Assembly: GCA_951406725.2 (NCBI GenBank)
Contig: OX597816.1
Span: 149,978,001-150,042,000 of the forward strand
Direction: 5' to 3'
Source: Octopus vulgaris
Lineage: Eukaryota
DNA: 64,000 nt
Made by a program: the position numbers and the translations under genes. Position 1 is the first letter of the stretch. Every line of letters begins with the position of its first letter. Below the pieces are notes generated by a model. That model was not told the origin of the DNA. It ran no database searches and saw nothing but the letters and a program-made list of their open reading frames with translations. Shown here in pieces: positions 1 through 13,663 of the stretch.

Positions 1-524
1 AAAGTTTTCCCGTAAGTCTTTGAAGAAGATAGAACAGATTCAGCAAAATTTAAACAGAACCAACAACATTTTGTTTTGTATTTAATTTCAGTTTTCTCAA
101 AAACACTGTATATATTCAATCTTTGGATCATAAGTAGAGCAGCATTCATTTGAGATCAGGTACAGGAATAGTCTTGTTATGAAATATTTTGGGATTAAAA
201 ATAAACAAAAGAAAACCCCCCAGAAATTTAAAACTAAAATATAAAAAAAAGCAGTAACAACAATAACAAATTAAGTATAAAATTAAATTAATTTAATACA
301 GTTGACAAAGAAACTTCATGCAACAATGATGCTATTGCCTTAGAATTGAAAGATATATAAAAATCACTGTGTATTTGTATTCTAAAGTAGATTGTAATTC
401 TAAAGGAATATTCTTCAGATTCTGTTAACAAAAATGAAACTTGTGACTGTTAGTTCTCTAAAGAGAAAGACAACTATATATACATAACAGATAGATAGAT
501 AGATAAGATAGAACAGATACTCAC

Positions 525-608
525 ATTAACTTCTGTATAAATGATATCAATGAAACTTCCTAAAACAATAATGAAATCAAAAACGTTCCAGGCATCACCA
601 AAATAGTT
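525..608 (-). CDS. Cav1: Cav1 exon: IVS3 ([28 protein letters not shown])
   Basis: 84 nt, ctacag acceptor, gtgagt donor; DAWNVFD motif. Confidence 0.97.
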
Positions 609-1211
609 CTGTAGAAAAAGAAACAAAGACATTTAAAATTTTAAAAAATTACAAGAAGAAAAATACATTCAAATAAAAGAAAAAGAAAATATGAATAAAA
701 TTCATGTTACCAGGACATCATTACTTATCATTACTATTTAGTGTGTCTTTGTAGTGTCTTTGTCTATACAAGTGGTTGTATATTTTAATTGTTAAGTTGA
801 TACTAGCACATTTAATATAGCGAGGCAAGACATTTTAATAAATTAAAATCATACACATTAATTAATAATTAATTCTGGTTGAGAAAGGCAGGGAAGACAA
901 TTCACAAAAATAAATTAAAGTTAAAAATAGATTATGGGTATGAATTTGGGAGAGGGATGATATTCGGTAATATAGTGACAACTAAAGATGTGTTTCACTT
1001 TTTTTAACCCTCTTCATCAAAGAATAGTCATACCATTATTACCAGATTAAAACAAACTAAATTATCAATATATTTTTTTATTGACTAAATACTGATAGGT
1101 CTTGTTGGTTATCTCTGTTCCAGCAGATTCTACATATAGCATTAAGGTAACTGATCAAATATTTGCTATTTCAATCTGCTCTTATATTACATTTTACTAT
1201 TATGCAAAAAC

Positions 1212-1925
1212 TGTTGTTGTTTAGCCACAGATAAGCCCCAACCAAGAAGATCTATGATCAGAGGCATTCATGCTGTGAACAATCTGCAATTTCTTCAAAC
1301 ATAGTGTTTATAAGACTATACTATCCAATGTGTTATTCCATATTTTTTGTGATTTGAGAGAGATTTGGCTGCTATTCTAAAGGTCAAGCAACCTTGTAGA
1401 AGCTTCTCTTGTGACTCTTCATATAACAGTCATGGTGTATAATCAGGGTATGTTGTGTCATTTCTGCTACAGCTTGTGCATATAACAAGCCAGATGTAAT
1501 TTATTCAGACAGGAGAAAATACAAAAACACATCGCAAAATATTAAAAAAAAATTTTTTTTAACTCATATTGATACCAAGTATAAAAATATAGAAATGATA
1601 CATAATTGGATAATTAGTAAGAACTTTTCTTGGTTGATTAAAACTTTCAAGTCTTTTCAGATTCTGGGGATATTTGACTAGGGAAATCTATCAAATGGTA
1701 ATAAATCTATTTGGCTGTTGTTGTTTGGCTAGCCACACTGACTGTGTAGACCTATTATCAAAAACATTCAAATTATGGGCATCTTTTCTTTTTAGATATA
1801 GTTTATCTCAGACCACACTATCAATATAACCTTTTTTTTTGTATAGACAGAGGGATGTAATTTCAGAGACATTTGGGTGTCATTTCAAGTAGATCAAGAG
1901 ATACTCAGTAACTCTCTCATTGAGT
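1212..1925 (+). repeat. Two diverged copies (about 1212-1410 and 1716-1925) of an unclassified interspersed repeat; further copies near 39040-39260 and 48560-48900
   Basis: Shared blocks ttgttgttt.gc...ctatgatca.aggcattc and gagagatttggctgcta.ttcta...gtcaagcaacc..gtagaggct recur at these loci. Confidence 0.6.
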
Positions 1926-1952
1926 CATTTCAATAGTGAAGTGACCTGTAAG

Positions 1953-2107
1953 CAGGGGCAGACTGAGAGTATTAAGGGCCCTTGGGCATAGCTGTTTACT
2001 GGGCCCTTAGCATTGATATCAGTAGAGTTAACATGTAGAGTGTGGGCCCCTCAGAGGTCCAGGCCCTTGGGCAGTGCTAGATTGATTGATGGCTCAGTCT
2101 GCCCCTG
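1953..2107. mobile_element. hAT-type MITE, 155 bp
   Basis: Perfect 15-bp TIRs CAGGGGCAGACTGAG / CTCAGTCTGCCCCTG and an 8-bp TSD CCTGTAAG (1945-1952, 2108-2115). Confidence 0.9.
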
Positions 2108-2988
2108 CCTGTAAGTTATCTGGAGAAGTAGTAAGATGATACTGTGACAGATTGGTAAATTCTTGTGTGAACTTGTTCTCTGACTAAATTTCAACACTTG
2201 TATTTTACAATTGAATTTTTTACTTTTTCTAGTGGTAGTAAGAAAGAAGTCTAAGTAGCAACACAAGATTAGAATCAAATCAGTTCAGATATACTAAACA
2301 GAAGGAACATAACTGTCTAGCAATTGTAATGAATTTCATATCATATTCGCCCAAATAACATTGTACAAAATGAGAAACTTTAAATCAAGGCTTTTTCACT
2401 GTGTAGCTTTTTGAAAGATACTTGATCACAAGGTCAATGATTTGGTTGTCATTCATTATCTGAATTATATTCTTTGTTGAATGTCAATACTTGATAATAT
2501 GGTATACTGGGGTTTATACCAGTTTTTGTGATGAAGATTGTTTGAAAGATATCGTTCCTTTTCAAGAGGGTACCAGCCTAATTATAAATATTTCCTATAA
2601 GATAGATCTCGATGTAGTATAATAAAGAATGTTAACTATTACACAGCATTTCTGCTGATAATACTGATAATAGTTGTGAACTTTATCTCTTCAAGGTACT
2701 TATTTAGAGTTAGGACAAGAGAGACCAAGAACTGAATCTCTTTACCAAGTGACAAAATACATGTTGTAGACTCTTCTACTGACAGACTGGCAACTGTAAT
2801 ATCACTGTAACAAACTCAAATAATTGTTACAACACTGTAATAGTCTTCTTATTTCACAAATGACCTTCAAAAAGGTATGAATGGTAGCTTTTTATCTTCC
2901 TTACCACGTTACTATCATAAACTTTGATAATCAATGCATAATCAAAAGAGCTTGTTGACAAAGAAACAATGAGTCATGAAATGTTTAC

Positions 2989-3099
2989 CTTAAATCTAAA
3001 AGCAGCCAACTTGAGCATAAATTCCACAGTAAAGAGTCCAGTGAAAATCATATTAAGATAATCCAGCACATTTGAGTAACCTTCATTTTCACCATCATA
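2989..3099 (-). CDS. Cav1: Cav1 exon: IVS2 (YDGENEGYSNVLDYLNMIFTGLFTVEFMLKLAAFRFK)
   Basis: 111 nt, ttgcag acceptor, gtaaac donor. Confidence 0.96.
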
Positions 3100-4466
3100 C
3101 TGCAATTAGAAAACAATTTATAAACTGTAGTGGTAAACAATGATTCAAGCGTAGCGCTGTTCTGTTTTATAAGATGTTTTTATTTACTTATTGGTTATAT
3201 TAATATAGATGAATAACAAAAGTGAAGAAAAAAAGCAACACTGCTGAAAAAACAGAAATAATAAATTTACTTAATATTTTTAGTTTTCATCACTCCTAAA
3301 TGTGTAATGAAAAGTCTTTTATTATAGAGAAATATGTTGGATAACATTAAAAATTAATTATGTATTTCTACATGGCTTATATTCAAATATATTTGATAAA
3401 TATAGAAATGAATAACTGCAGATAATATTGAAAGTAGCTTGTACTTAAAATAAGCTTATAAAAAATTATTGTTTTACCAGAAAAAAACTAATCATTCAAC
3501 TATGGTAGTAGTTGAATAATATTCTTAAGCCTGCAATTTACTCATGCACAGCATCTTTCACTGTTTGTCACTAATTTAGTTCTTAACCAAATGGAAAAAC
3601 CATTAACAGTTTTGAGGAGGACTGGTCCCTAGCTACATTTTGGCATAAAAGAATTGGGATTTGGTCCAGTAGAAAAAAGTTTACATCAAAATTTGTAGCA
3701 ATGTTATTGGAGAGTAAGTAACACCACCAATCAAGTTTAAATCTAAATAACTTTTTTATTCTCAATGATAGAAGAAAGTGTGAAGAATTTCATAGTTTTG
3801 GTCCCATGCAACAAATATTTGTATCAAAAAAGTTTTGAGGTAAAATATGAAAAAGAATATAAGGCAAAAATTGGATTTAAATATAATTAACTTTTTTATT
3901 TTAAAAACAAACTATATTTTAATTAAACTTAAATGATAGAGCTCAATTCGAGGAATTTCATTGTATCTGTCTCATGCAATGAAGTTTAGAAAGAAAAAAG
4001 TTATGAGTGTTTGTTTCTCAAATTTGAGGGTGATAATATAGTTCTATACTTTTTAATGAATATAGTTCTAGGGGACTTTTAATATATGTCACTGGCATCA
4101 TTGAGGTAAAGAAAAAATTATCAACAACCCACTAATTGACACATTATTAATTAGCATAATAGCATAGCCTGGAAAAAACATGGATTGATGTCTTGGAAGA
4201 TTTTGTAGATGGTGACTATGAATTCAAGATATAAGTTGATTTCATCCTTTGTTCTCTGATAATATTTTCCAGTGATCTTGAGCAACTTTAGGCAAGATTC
4301 TATTGTTTGTTGTAGGATCTTAGTCACCTCTAATATAATTCATTTACCTCTGTCCTCCAGTCTAAGAATGATGATCTAATTAAAACTATTAGCATCGACT
4401 ATAAACAATCAATAAATAAAAGTGAATTTTAATGGCAATGGTGAAAAAAAATTCTCAATAGCTTAC

Positions 4467-4625
4467 CTTCATTGCAAGTGTGATTGTATTTATCATAATG
4501 AGAGCAAATACTGCATATTCAAATGGTTGTGATGTAACAAACCACCACACTTTATACTGCCAGCGAGCTTTTGGGATGTACCGACGGGCAGGTTTAACTT
4601 TTAAAGCAAATTCAATACATTTCCT
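4467..4625 (-). CDS. Cav1: Cav1 exon: III-IV linker and IVS1 ([53 protein letters not shown])
   Basis: 159 nt, ttccag acceptor, gtaagc donor. Confidence 0.97.
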
Positions 4626-6859
4626 CTGGAAGGAAAATAAATGATAAATAAAAAATTAAGAATATAAAAGAGAGGTGCATATGCATCAATAAATTATGAT
4701 ATAAGTTAGGTTCTCTTTACTAAATAATTTTGGGTCTCAAGATTTTGTTTGTCAAATGTAATAATATAACTGGAAACACAAAGCCTACATGAAAATTGTT
4801 TCATAATCTAGTGTATATAAATCACAGTATGTGTGTGCATAACACATACATTTCCACAATTCTCAACAGATTTTTACCAAACTTTACATGTGCATTACTT
4901 ATGTCCCAAAGATGATTGTACACTATAACATTTTGCCTAAAGCTCCCGCATAAATAGACACAGTTTTTGGTATGTGGGGTCTTCCATACATTCCATAAAA
5001 GTGAAAGAATTTTGTCTATTTATTTATTTTGACTGCCAATGTGCAACAGTAACACAATATGTGTTATGCCTCCAGTAATTTTCTTTCATATAAATAAATG
5101 TTTATATTAATTTAAGATTTATCCAAAAAATCTTATTTAGCTGTTATTTTTAGCACAACACATGAGTGAAGGTAAAGAATGCGCACATCTGGTGGTTAGG
5201 GTTAGGGCTATGATGAAAACGGATGGTGTGCGTATTCTTTACTTCTGCCCAACAGTGCATTCTTATGCATTCATGCAGTGCATATCCCTCTGTGCATTAT
5301 GCAATTGCCCTTTATGTTTTCCTCTATATAATTGTATGCTTGCACATGTTACATGTATGATTGCATTGTTTGTGTTCAGGTCTATAGCCATAAAAGCGTG
5401 TGCATATGGGTTTATGCATGTAGTTGTGTATTTCAGGTGCAGCCGCGCAAGTGTATTTTTACCAGTGCATTTGAATGTATTTATGTATTGTTTATACTTC
5501 ATGGGCATAGGTGTTTTATGTACTGGTTGTACACACATTTACACACACATATATACATGTGTGTGTATATTCATGTGCTCATATGAGTATTTTTAAAATC
5601 TTGCTCCAGCTTTCATATGTTTACCTCTCTCCTTTCTGACTCTCCCATACCACACATCATCTCCCTATTTCTTATCTGTCTACAATTATATGATACTGCT
5701 GCTCTACACTCTTACTGTACTGCCACTTACACCTCTTCCTTCTTGAACCACTCCTATTTCTTTTGCCAAACCACTCCAACCTGATATTTACTTCAGCCAC
5801 ATTTCCATACTTATTCATAATCCACTACATGTACTTCTACTTCTGTCTCTAATCACCTGCAACTCTCCTCTCAGACTCTTACAAACTCATCTACTGATCC
5901 TTAATCCTATTCCTTCTTATACATTGAGAGTATGCTCTGACAACTCATCATCATCTTCACCTCTACTTCCAGGTACTCCCATTTATAATGCAGCGTAGGA
6001 AATGTATCTCCTCTATCGCAAGACAGTAGGGTTAATCTAAAGATAAACCTCTTGATTCCAAGTTTTGCAATCATACCTGGAATTTTTCTCTAATTTCTCT
6101 ATAGATTCAACAAATAGTATAATAAAGGAACAAATTTCATGTTTAATTAGGGTATCATTAATAACTCTTATGTTGATTACTCTTGTAGTCAGATTAGTAG
6201 ATTGAAGCTCACGAGTACAAAAAAGACAACAATTACTAAATAAACCAACAATATATCAACTTTCAAGAAATACAACTTATATTAGAGTGTATTTTAGATG
6301 AGAAAAAAACTAGATATGAGATTAGTCCACAACTTGATTTTGATTTTCAGTGGAAGATATGAATACTGCAGATTCTAATTTCTCTTCCTTTATAAATCTG
6401 TAGCTATATACCAATGTGAGAAATTAGTTGTATAATAACAAATTGATCTTGCACAAACCCACACATGCATACTAATAAATAGAATAATGAAAAAGAAAAT
6501 TGATAGAATATTTGGTGTAAAACAGTTAACAGTGAAAACCTATCAATGAGCCAGCAAGGTAAGTTCATTACATAACTGACTGACTTGAATAATGTAGTAG
6601 CCAAATCTTGATCAATACACACTCTAAACTAGGACTTTAAATTAAGACTACATGTTTTAAGACTTAAGAGTTAGGATACAATAAAAGGAAGCTAACCATA
6701 GTTTGAACACAGATGTTTGACCCTTGCATATCAAGTAGCAAAGGCATGTAACTGGATCTTTGGGTTTTGCATAAGCATTTGAATCTAATACTACCTAAGA
6801 TCTGCTCATGTAGAGAAGGTCTGGAGGTAGAAGTTAGTCAATAACAAACAACAACATAC

Positions 6860-7061
6860 CTGATTTTTGTCAAGTTCGCAATTTTTGTATTCTTGCTCTC
6901 CCTCGTTCTGGAATGTGACGATCACAAAACCAACGAAGATGTTAACCATAAAGAATGCAATGACGATGATGTAAACAAAATAGAAAATAGCTACTACAGG
7001 ACGATTGTCATAAACCGGTCCCATACCTTCTAGATGGGAATCGATTGAAATGTACAAAAGG
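6860..7061 (-). CDS. Cav1: Cav1 exon: IIIS6 and start of III-IV linker (LLYISIDSH...[32 protein letters not shown])
   Basis: 202 nt, tttcag acceptor, gtatgt donor; overlaps ORF 6806..7057. Confidence 0.97.
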
Positions 7062-7741
7062 CTGAAAAGATAAGAGAAAACAGTTCAATACTTCAAAAGA
7101 AGCTCAAATTTGAAATCAAATATTAAATTCTTCTTCCAGTTTTCAAATAAATATATACAACTTTTGTTAAAAATAGATCTTATTCCCACTCTGATGTGAT
7201 CTCACACTCACTGTTTTACTTGAAGATGAATTAACAAATTAATTTTCAGTGATCTGTGTGCAACAAACCATTATGTAAATATAATACATAATCTTTTTAT
7301 CATATACAATGCTGTGCAAAGAACTTAGCTTTTCATACACATGCTGTCATTAATATAACAGATGTACAATGTATACATGTGTGTGTGCATGTGTGTGTAT
7401 ATGTGCATACATCCACACATAGACTATCAGCATGCTTGTCATAGAACATTGTGTTCACCAAATATTTATGAGTTATTCACAAACTTTGTACTGCATCTTT
7501 TTTTTTCATGGTAGTGAAGGCTAAGATGGTTTACTTAATTAGAAAATAAAAGTTTGCTTATGTATTACATTTATTTATGACACTCAGATTGGTCTTAGTC
7601 AACTACTTGTAGCATGTAGAAAATTTAAACATATTTTTATCACATTTTAGTTCTGAACTTGCATTTTTTCATGCTAGAATATCTTTATTTATGTAACAAA
7701 GAAATACAAAATTAGTATGTTTAGAGGTAGAAAAGTTTTGA

Positions 7742-8230
7742 TCATCATCATCATCATTGTTTAACATCCACTTTCCATGCTGACATGGGTTGGACAGTTT
7801 GACTGGGGACTGGTGAGCCAGATAGCTGCACCAGGCTCCAATCTGATCCGGCAGAGTTTCTACAGCTGGATACCCTTCCTAACGCCAACCACTCCGAGAG
7901 TGTAGTGGGTGCCTTTATGTGCCACCAGCATGAGGGCCAGTCAGGCAGTACTGGCAACAGCCACACTCAAATGGTGTTTTTACATGTCACCTGCACAGGA
8001 ACCAGTCCAGTGGCACTGGCAACGCCCTTGCTTGAATGTTGTTTTTCACGTACCACCGGCACAAGTGCCAGTAAGGCGATGCTGGTAACGATCACACTTG
8101 AATGGTGCTTTTTACGTGCCACCGGCACAGGGGCCAGTCAATGGCTCTGACAATGATCACACTCGGATGGTGCCCTTAGCACTCCACTAGCATGGGTGCC
8201 AGTCATGCAGTGCTGTCATCGAATTTGAAT
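7742..8230 (-). mobile_element. RTE-LINE 3' end / non-autonomous derivative with (GAT)n tail and five 65-nt internal units
   Basis: Begins catcatcat..tttaacatccactttccatgc..catgggttggac, the reverse complement of the 3' end of the RTE at 26797-29583. Confidence 0.8.
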
Positions 8231-8721
8231 AAAAATAACTTGTGAGATTTTTTAGGTTGATTAGATTAATATATGATTAATTAACATTAATTTCTATTTA
8301 CAGACAATAGAAAGAGCAGAAAGTTTTATCATATACTTATATTCTTTCCAACTTTGTTATGGAATTATTTTGAATATTATCTTTGTATTGAGTATATATA
8401 AATATATAATATATTTTTAAAGATTTACTTTTTCTTTCCAAATTTACAACTTAAGAACTATTTGGAAGACCAAGAATCTTCATATTTCTAATTGTGCATA
8501 CTTTTGTATAGTTGCATGTCCTAGATGAGGTTGTCTAGCTATGCTTATCTTTGCAGTAGTTTTGCTGACATGTGTACATAAGGACTACAGTATCTGAATT
8601 TGGAGCAAAGGTTTTACAAAAAAATTATTTTTTTATCGTCATAGCTTCTTTCCTCACTGATTATGACAGTTTTTAATTAAAAAAGTAAAAAATGTTGTTG
8701 TTGCTGTTATGATGATGATGA

Positions 8722-8935
8722 AAGGTTGGCAGAATCATTGCAGCATGGGAGAAAAAAGACTTTTAGCCTTTGTTTCAGATTTTTATGTTTGAGATCAAAT
8801 CCCATTAAGGTCAACTTTGCTTTTTGTCCTTCCAGGGTCAATAAAATAAAGTAACAGTCAAGTACTGAGGTCAATGGTATTCACTAATCTCCTCCCCTCA
8901 AAATTGTGCACTTTATGCTTGAATTAGAAGCTATA
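8722..8935 (+). mobile_element. tRNA-derived SINE (degraded)
   Basis: Core gtcaactttgc.ttt..tccttcc.gggtcaataaaataaagta.cag is shared with 10178-10392, 53605-54025 and 56938-57180. Confidence 0.65.
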
Positions 8936-9354
8936 ATGATGACAATGTAAAGTAATCATTTAAAAATAATATTTGCTTTCTAGATTTTCAAAAGAAACTG
9001 ATGCATGAAATTTAAGTGTATCTAATTTTCAATACTTTGTCAAGAGAATGATTAATTTTAATGAATAGTTGAAGTTTTGGTATTAAATCAACCATTGATG
9101 AAGGGCTATTCATTTTTCTTATTTAACAAATGTTGTAATAAAATCACAAAGCAACACACCTTGCTTAATATTCAGTTTAACAAGTTACCAAAAGAGATTA
9201 TGTTGAAAACCAAGCAATGAATTTAAAAATGGAGTTGATAAATGTTAGAATAACCATACATTTGATAGATTAAGCTGAAGAGATCCATACCAAATGATAT
9301 AGCTATTACAGACATAGCCTTCAATAAACAGGTTAAAGTATGAGAAGGACTTAC

Positions 9355-9501
9355 TTGGGCCAACCTTCAAATGTAGATACTGTGAAGAGTGTCAACATTG
9401 CCTTCCCAACATCATCAAAATTGAAATCATTGTTTGTCCACTCTCTTTCTCTCAGTTCAGGGTAATTTACATCTCCATTTTTATAAACAATGTAATTCCC
9501 C
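9355..9501 (-). CDS. Cav1: Cav1 exon: III P-loop ([48 protein letters not shown])
   Basis: 147 nt, ttacag acceptor, gtaagt donor; TFEGWP selectivity filter. Confidence 0.97.
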
Positions 9502-10177
9502 CTGTAAAAGAAGAAGAAAAAGAAGCAATAATTAAAACATGAGAAGATAAATCAATAATATCCAATATAGTTGTGATCATATAGGATGGTTTTTTTTAGC
9601 TCCTTTTTTCACATCTTCACCAAAACTATAACTTTTTAAGCTAAATATATGCAATTCTAGATGTTGCCTTTTCATTAACTGACATTCCACAGAAGATGAA
9701 GTCATTCTTTACTCTCTGGGTTTATTAAAGTGTCCAACACTAAAAAAGACAGATTGTGTTGTCATACGATTTATCAACATCTGAAATATATCAAATTAAG
9801 CCAATGCTAATAGAATTTAGATATTCCATCAAAAGTCTCAATATCTAAAGTTTTGTCATAAAGCAACCATTTGTTTAGATGTAGATAAAGAATTCAAAGT
9901 TGTAATTAATAACAAAATTATTTTTTCATATAGAAATTGACTGAATGAACTACAAAATATAATTTCTTCATTTGGTATGAATCTATCTACCATGGTAAAT
10001 GAAATGAAATGTATTTTCTGAGAAGACTAAACAATGCATTCAAAATATCTAGATTGAAAGTCAGTAGTCTAGTATCATTTGCTCAATGTATCTTCTTGTA
10101 TCTGAAAAGCAAGTTAGCTATTGATTCAATTAATAACAAAATTTGAAACAACAACTATAACAATATTTTACAAGTGT

Positions 10178-10392
10178 AAGGCAGTGAGCTTGCAGAAACA
10201 TTTGCATGTTTGGCGAAATGCTTAGTGGTATTTCGTCTCTTTACATTCTGAGTTCAAATTCCACCGAGGTCAACTTTGCCTTTCATCCTTTCAGGGTCAA
10301 TAAATTAAGTACCAGTTGCATACTGGGATCAATTTAATCAACTGGCTCCTTCCCCCAAAATTTCAGGCCTTGTGTCTAGAGTAGAAAAGAAT
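10178..10392 (+). mobile_element. tRNA-derived SINE
   Basis: A-box-like head, B-box-like gagttcaaattcc, conserved core gtcaactttgcctttcatcctttcagggtcaataaattaagtaccag. Confidence 0.8.
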
Positions 10393-11383
10393 ATTTTACA
10401 AGTGTGAAACTATTTTCTTAAAAACCTATCCACTTCCAGATATTGTTGACACTACAATAGCATCTCAAAGAAGCTTTACTACAATTGTTTCCCACTAACT
10501 TCAGTAAAAGGTCCCAAATTTTTAGATTCTAGAAGAGGAAATTGATATTGAGATGTTTATGCCATTTCCCCCCCAAATGCATTAGTAATACAACTGAAAC
10601 AAAATATATACAAAGGGAATCAAAACAGGGTTGCTCTCTTGGCTGAGCAGGAAATCACAATAACCCATAAGCCAATGAGGCAGCCTCTTTGCAGTCACTT
10701 AATTCAATAGAAATATCAGCTAAATCTTTTTGGAATTACCTCCCACACTCTTAAAAATGGATAATGAGGTGTAGGATACACAATCTGAAAAAAAAAAAAA
10801 AAAGAAAAAGAAATACATGGGATAATCCCTAATTGAATGTCTTTCATTATAAGTCTGCTGGTTAAACAACAAAAAGAATTTTGAACTTATGATGGGGACA
10901 ACTATATTGAATCTAATTTTGCCTCTCATCAAAATGTACAAAACTTTGAAGGATAATACACTAATTCACTCCTTTGATAAACTTCAGCAATAAAATAACC
11001 ACAAACCCTACATATTGAAAACGAGATATTTCCCATTTTAAGAGATCTACTTTTCCATTAGTATTTGACTGTTGATCTATGATCTCTGACCCTCACCCAG
11101 CCAAACTGCTCATAGTCCCTATCACTTTATATATCAACTGCCTCTTAATAGAATGCCATGGTTAAAAATAGGAATCTGAAATTTATAAAGAAATTTATGA
11201 ACTAAAATTTAAAATAGATAAAACAAGCTGAAAGCTAGACTAAATAAAAATATTTATGTTTGAAAGAAAGTGGAGTGGAATAACCTATAAAATATTTGAA
11301 TTATGTAATATATTCAAGAATTACACTTGACATTTGGAAAAAGTGGGAAACACAAACTGAAAGGGATACAGGTGACAATATAT

Positions 11384-11415
<32 letters not shown>

Positions 11416-12191
11416 TATATCAAGATCACTGATTTAGTGAAAGCAGGTGAACACTAATGGAGGACTAACCAAAAAATAAAAAGAAGTTTTCTCATTAGGA
11501 TTCTCCAAAAGCGAGAACTTATAAAGTGCAAAAGCTTGTAATGTGACATTTGTCATTTGAATAAAAGCAAAGGATTATTCGAAGGGAGTTTTTCACAAGA
11601 ATTGGTGAGCACTTAATATAGCTACTAGTTATTATAGAGAATAAATGAGTTGAAAATGAAGTATATTTTATATTTCAAGACCTTGGAGAAGAAGTTCTTT
11701 TTTATATTTTGGATCAACTGAAAAGATAAAAAGGAACAAAAAGGAAAATACAAACTTGAGAATGAATACCTTCAATATCTCAATATACAAAATAAATATC
11801 TATTTGAGATATGTACTAGAATAAAACCAAAGCTGGTATTTTTAATTACCATCGTGATAAGTGTCTCAGATTCAATATAAACAACATAACTTATAAAAGT
11901 CAAAAACTAATTACTTAATTTTAAACACTAAATCAGACCAAGTTATTTGCATAAAAAACAATTTTATGTTTTCTATATATCCCAAATATAAGGGATATAT
12001 GTTTATATGAATAGGTTGTGGTTACACTCTTTCAGATTTAGCTAAAGGGAAAATTAGAGTCAATGGAAATATGACATATTTAAGAAAATGTAAATAAAAT
12101 TAATAACAATTTCAGAAGGCTTATATGATGACTACATGAACTCTCCTATCTCATATTAACAAGAGAGATGAGGAAATACAATTCAACTTAC

Positions 12192-12244
12192 TGGCATTCT
12201 TCCATGGTTCTTTTTGAGGAATCTGAACAGCTGTGGAATGTTCC
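12192..12244 (-). CDS. Cav1: Cav1 exon: III extracellular loop (GTFHSCSDSSKRTMEEC)
   Basis: 53 nt, ttttag acceptor, gtaagt donor; CSDxSKxTxEEC motif. Confidence 0.95.
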
Positions 12245-12697
12245 CTAAAATGTTAAAAGATATACAGAGAACATGAGTATTTTCACAGACATGTGTAGTA
12301 ACAAAAAGAGTAACAGAAACAACAACAGTAACATCAATGAAACAAACAAATATTATTTCTCATCTGTCACAATAAAAGCCTAACTACAATAATGAACTAT
12401 TTTAATTTTTGTTTACCACTGTTATATGAAAATATTGGTAGAGTAATTATGTCTCACCAGATTTCATGGTGTTAATAAGTTGAGGGACAAATATTTTTGT
12501 GAATAGGATACTAACCTATTTTTGTTTAATAAGTTAGCTATAGGAAGAACTGGAACTGCCCTGTGATCTTTGGAAGACCTCCTAGAGTGTTGAAATCCAT
12601 GTAAGTTGAAGCTTAGTGAGAACAATTCTTTGTCAATGATAGTAAGTAAAGTGTGGGTAGGAAGAAATTTCAGAGGGCAGCAGTGAAAGGAGAGACA

Positions 12698-12728
<31 letters not shown>

Positions 12729-13663
12729 AAAACCCACATATTTTGTAAGTCAGTCGGTCAGGATTTAGGCAGATGGGGATGATTAAAGTTTAGTGCTGCA
12801 ATTTTAAAGAATTTACAACTTGTTTAGCATCAATAGCTAATCAAGGCATATATATTTTCTGGTCCTAGAGATGCAACACCACTCTTGTGACACAGTTTTA
12901 TCAATGTGAAATATGAGAGAGGAAAACAAGAAACCAAAAATTTAAAGAAACTAGTAATACAGTAAGTTGATAAAACAGAGTTAATAAAATTTGTATAACA
13001 ATAAGATTATATATAGTGAGGAGAGTTGAGGATTTTGTCTTATGGAAAGGCACATTCGTTGAAGAAATGAACACACCTCTCCTCATGGCTCGCAAACTTA
13101 TTTTATAGATTTTATGTCAAAAATGAGTAACTTCAGTAAGAAGTCAAAAATTGTTGTTAAGTCTGTAAGAAATGTAATTGTTTTCATTTGAGTATCAGCC
13201 AAATGATGAGAGCGGGGGGGGGGGGGAGATGTATGAAAATGTTTCAGATGCTTACTTTAAGTAATACACTCATCTTTCCAGTCAGCACTACCGTTGTTCT
13301 ATACCTTATCCCTAACACATACCCTCCTATGTTATAAAACTATTACTTAGAGGAGTGGTTCATACAATACTTCAGAAGTGAATTACAGAGTTTCAAAGTA
13401 AAACCATAAATCCAAAACTCATGGAATGCCTTTACACCCCTCTTAAACAAGTACAATGATCCTGAAGGAAAGGATAGTACCATTCACTCAGTTGTACACA
13501 TATAACTGCCTATAACAGCAGACAAAAGGTAGATAATAGGTGTATTAGAGAGAGAAAGAGAGAGAGAGAGGTAGACATACACATGCATGTATGTGCACAC
13601 TTGCACACACACACATAGACATAGCTCACTCATGTTAATGTAAGGGAAAATGTGAGACTTTAC

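Noticed and set aside
609-2988. Searched for vertebrate-style mutually exclusive duplicates of IVS3 here and of IIIS2 in 48275-53089
   Set aside because: No second copy found by eye; an IVS3 duplicate could still lie beyond the window edge.
5162-5596. Overlapping Cys/Val/Tyr/His-rich ORFs here and at 41796-42147, 32596-32790 and 47892-48205
   Set aside because: Translations of degenerate (TG/CA/TA)n microsatellite sequence.
7905-8225. Regularly spaced palindromic units resembling a CRISPR array
   Set aside because: The inter-core sequences are homologous to each other rather than unique spacers, the units belong to a dispersed retroelement, and the DNA is eukaryotic with no cas genes.
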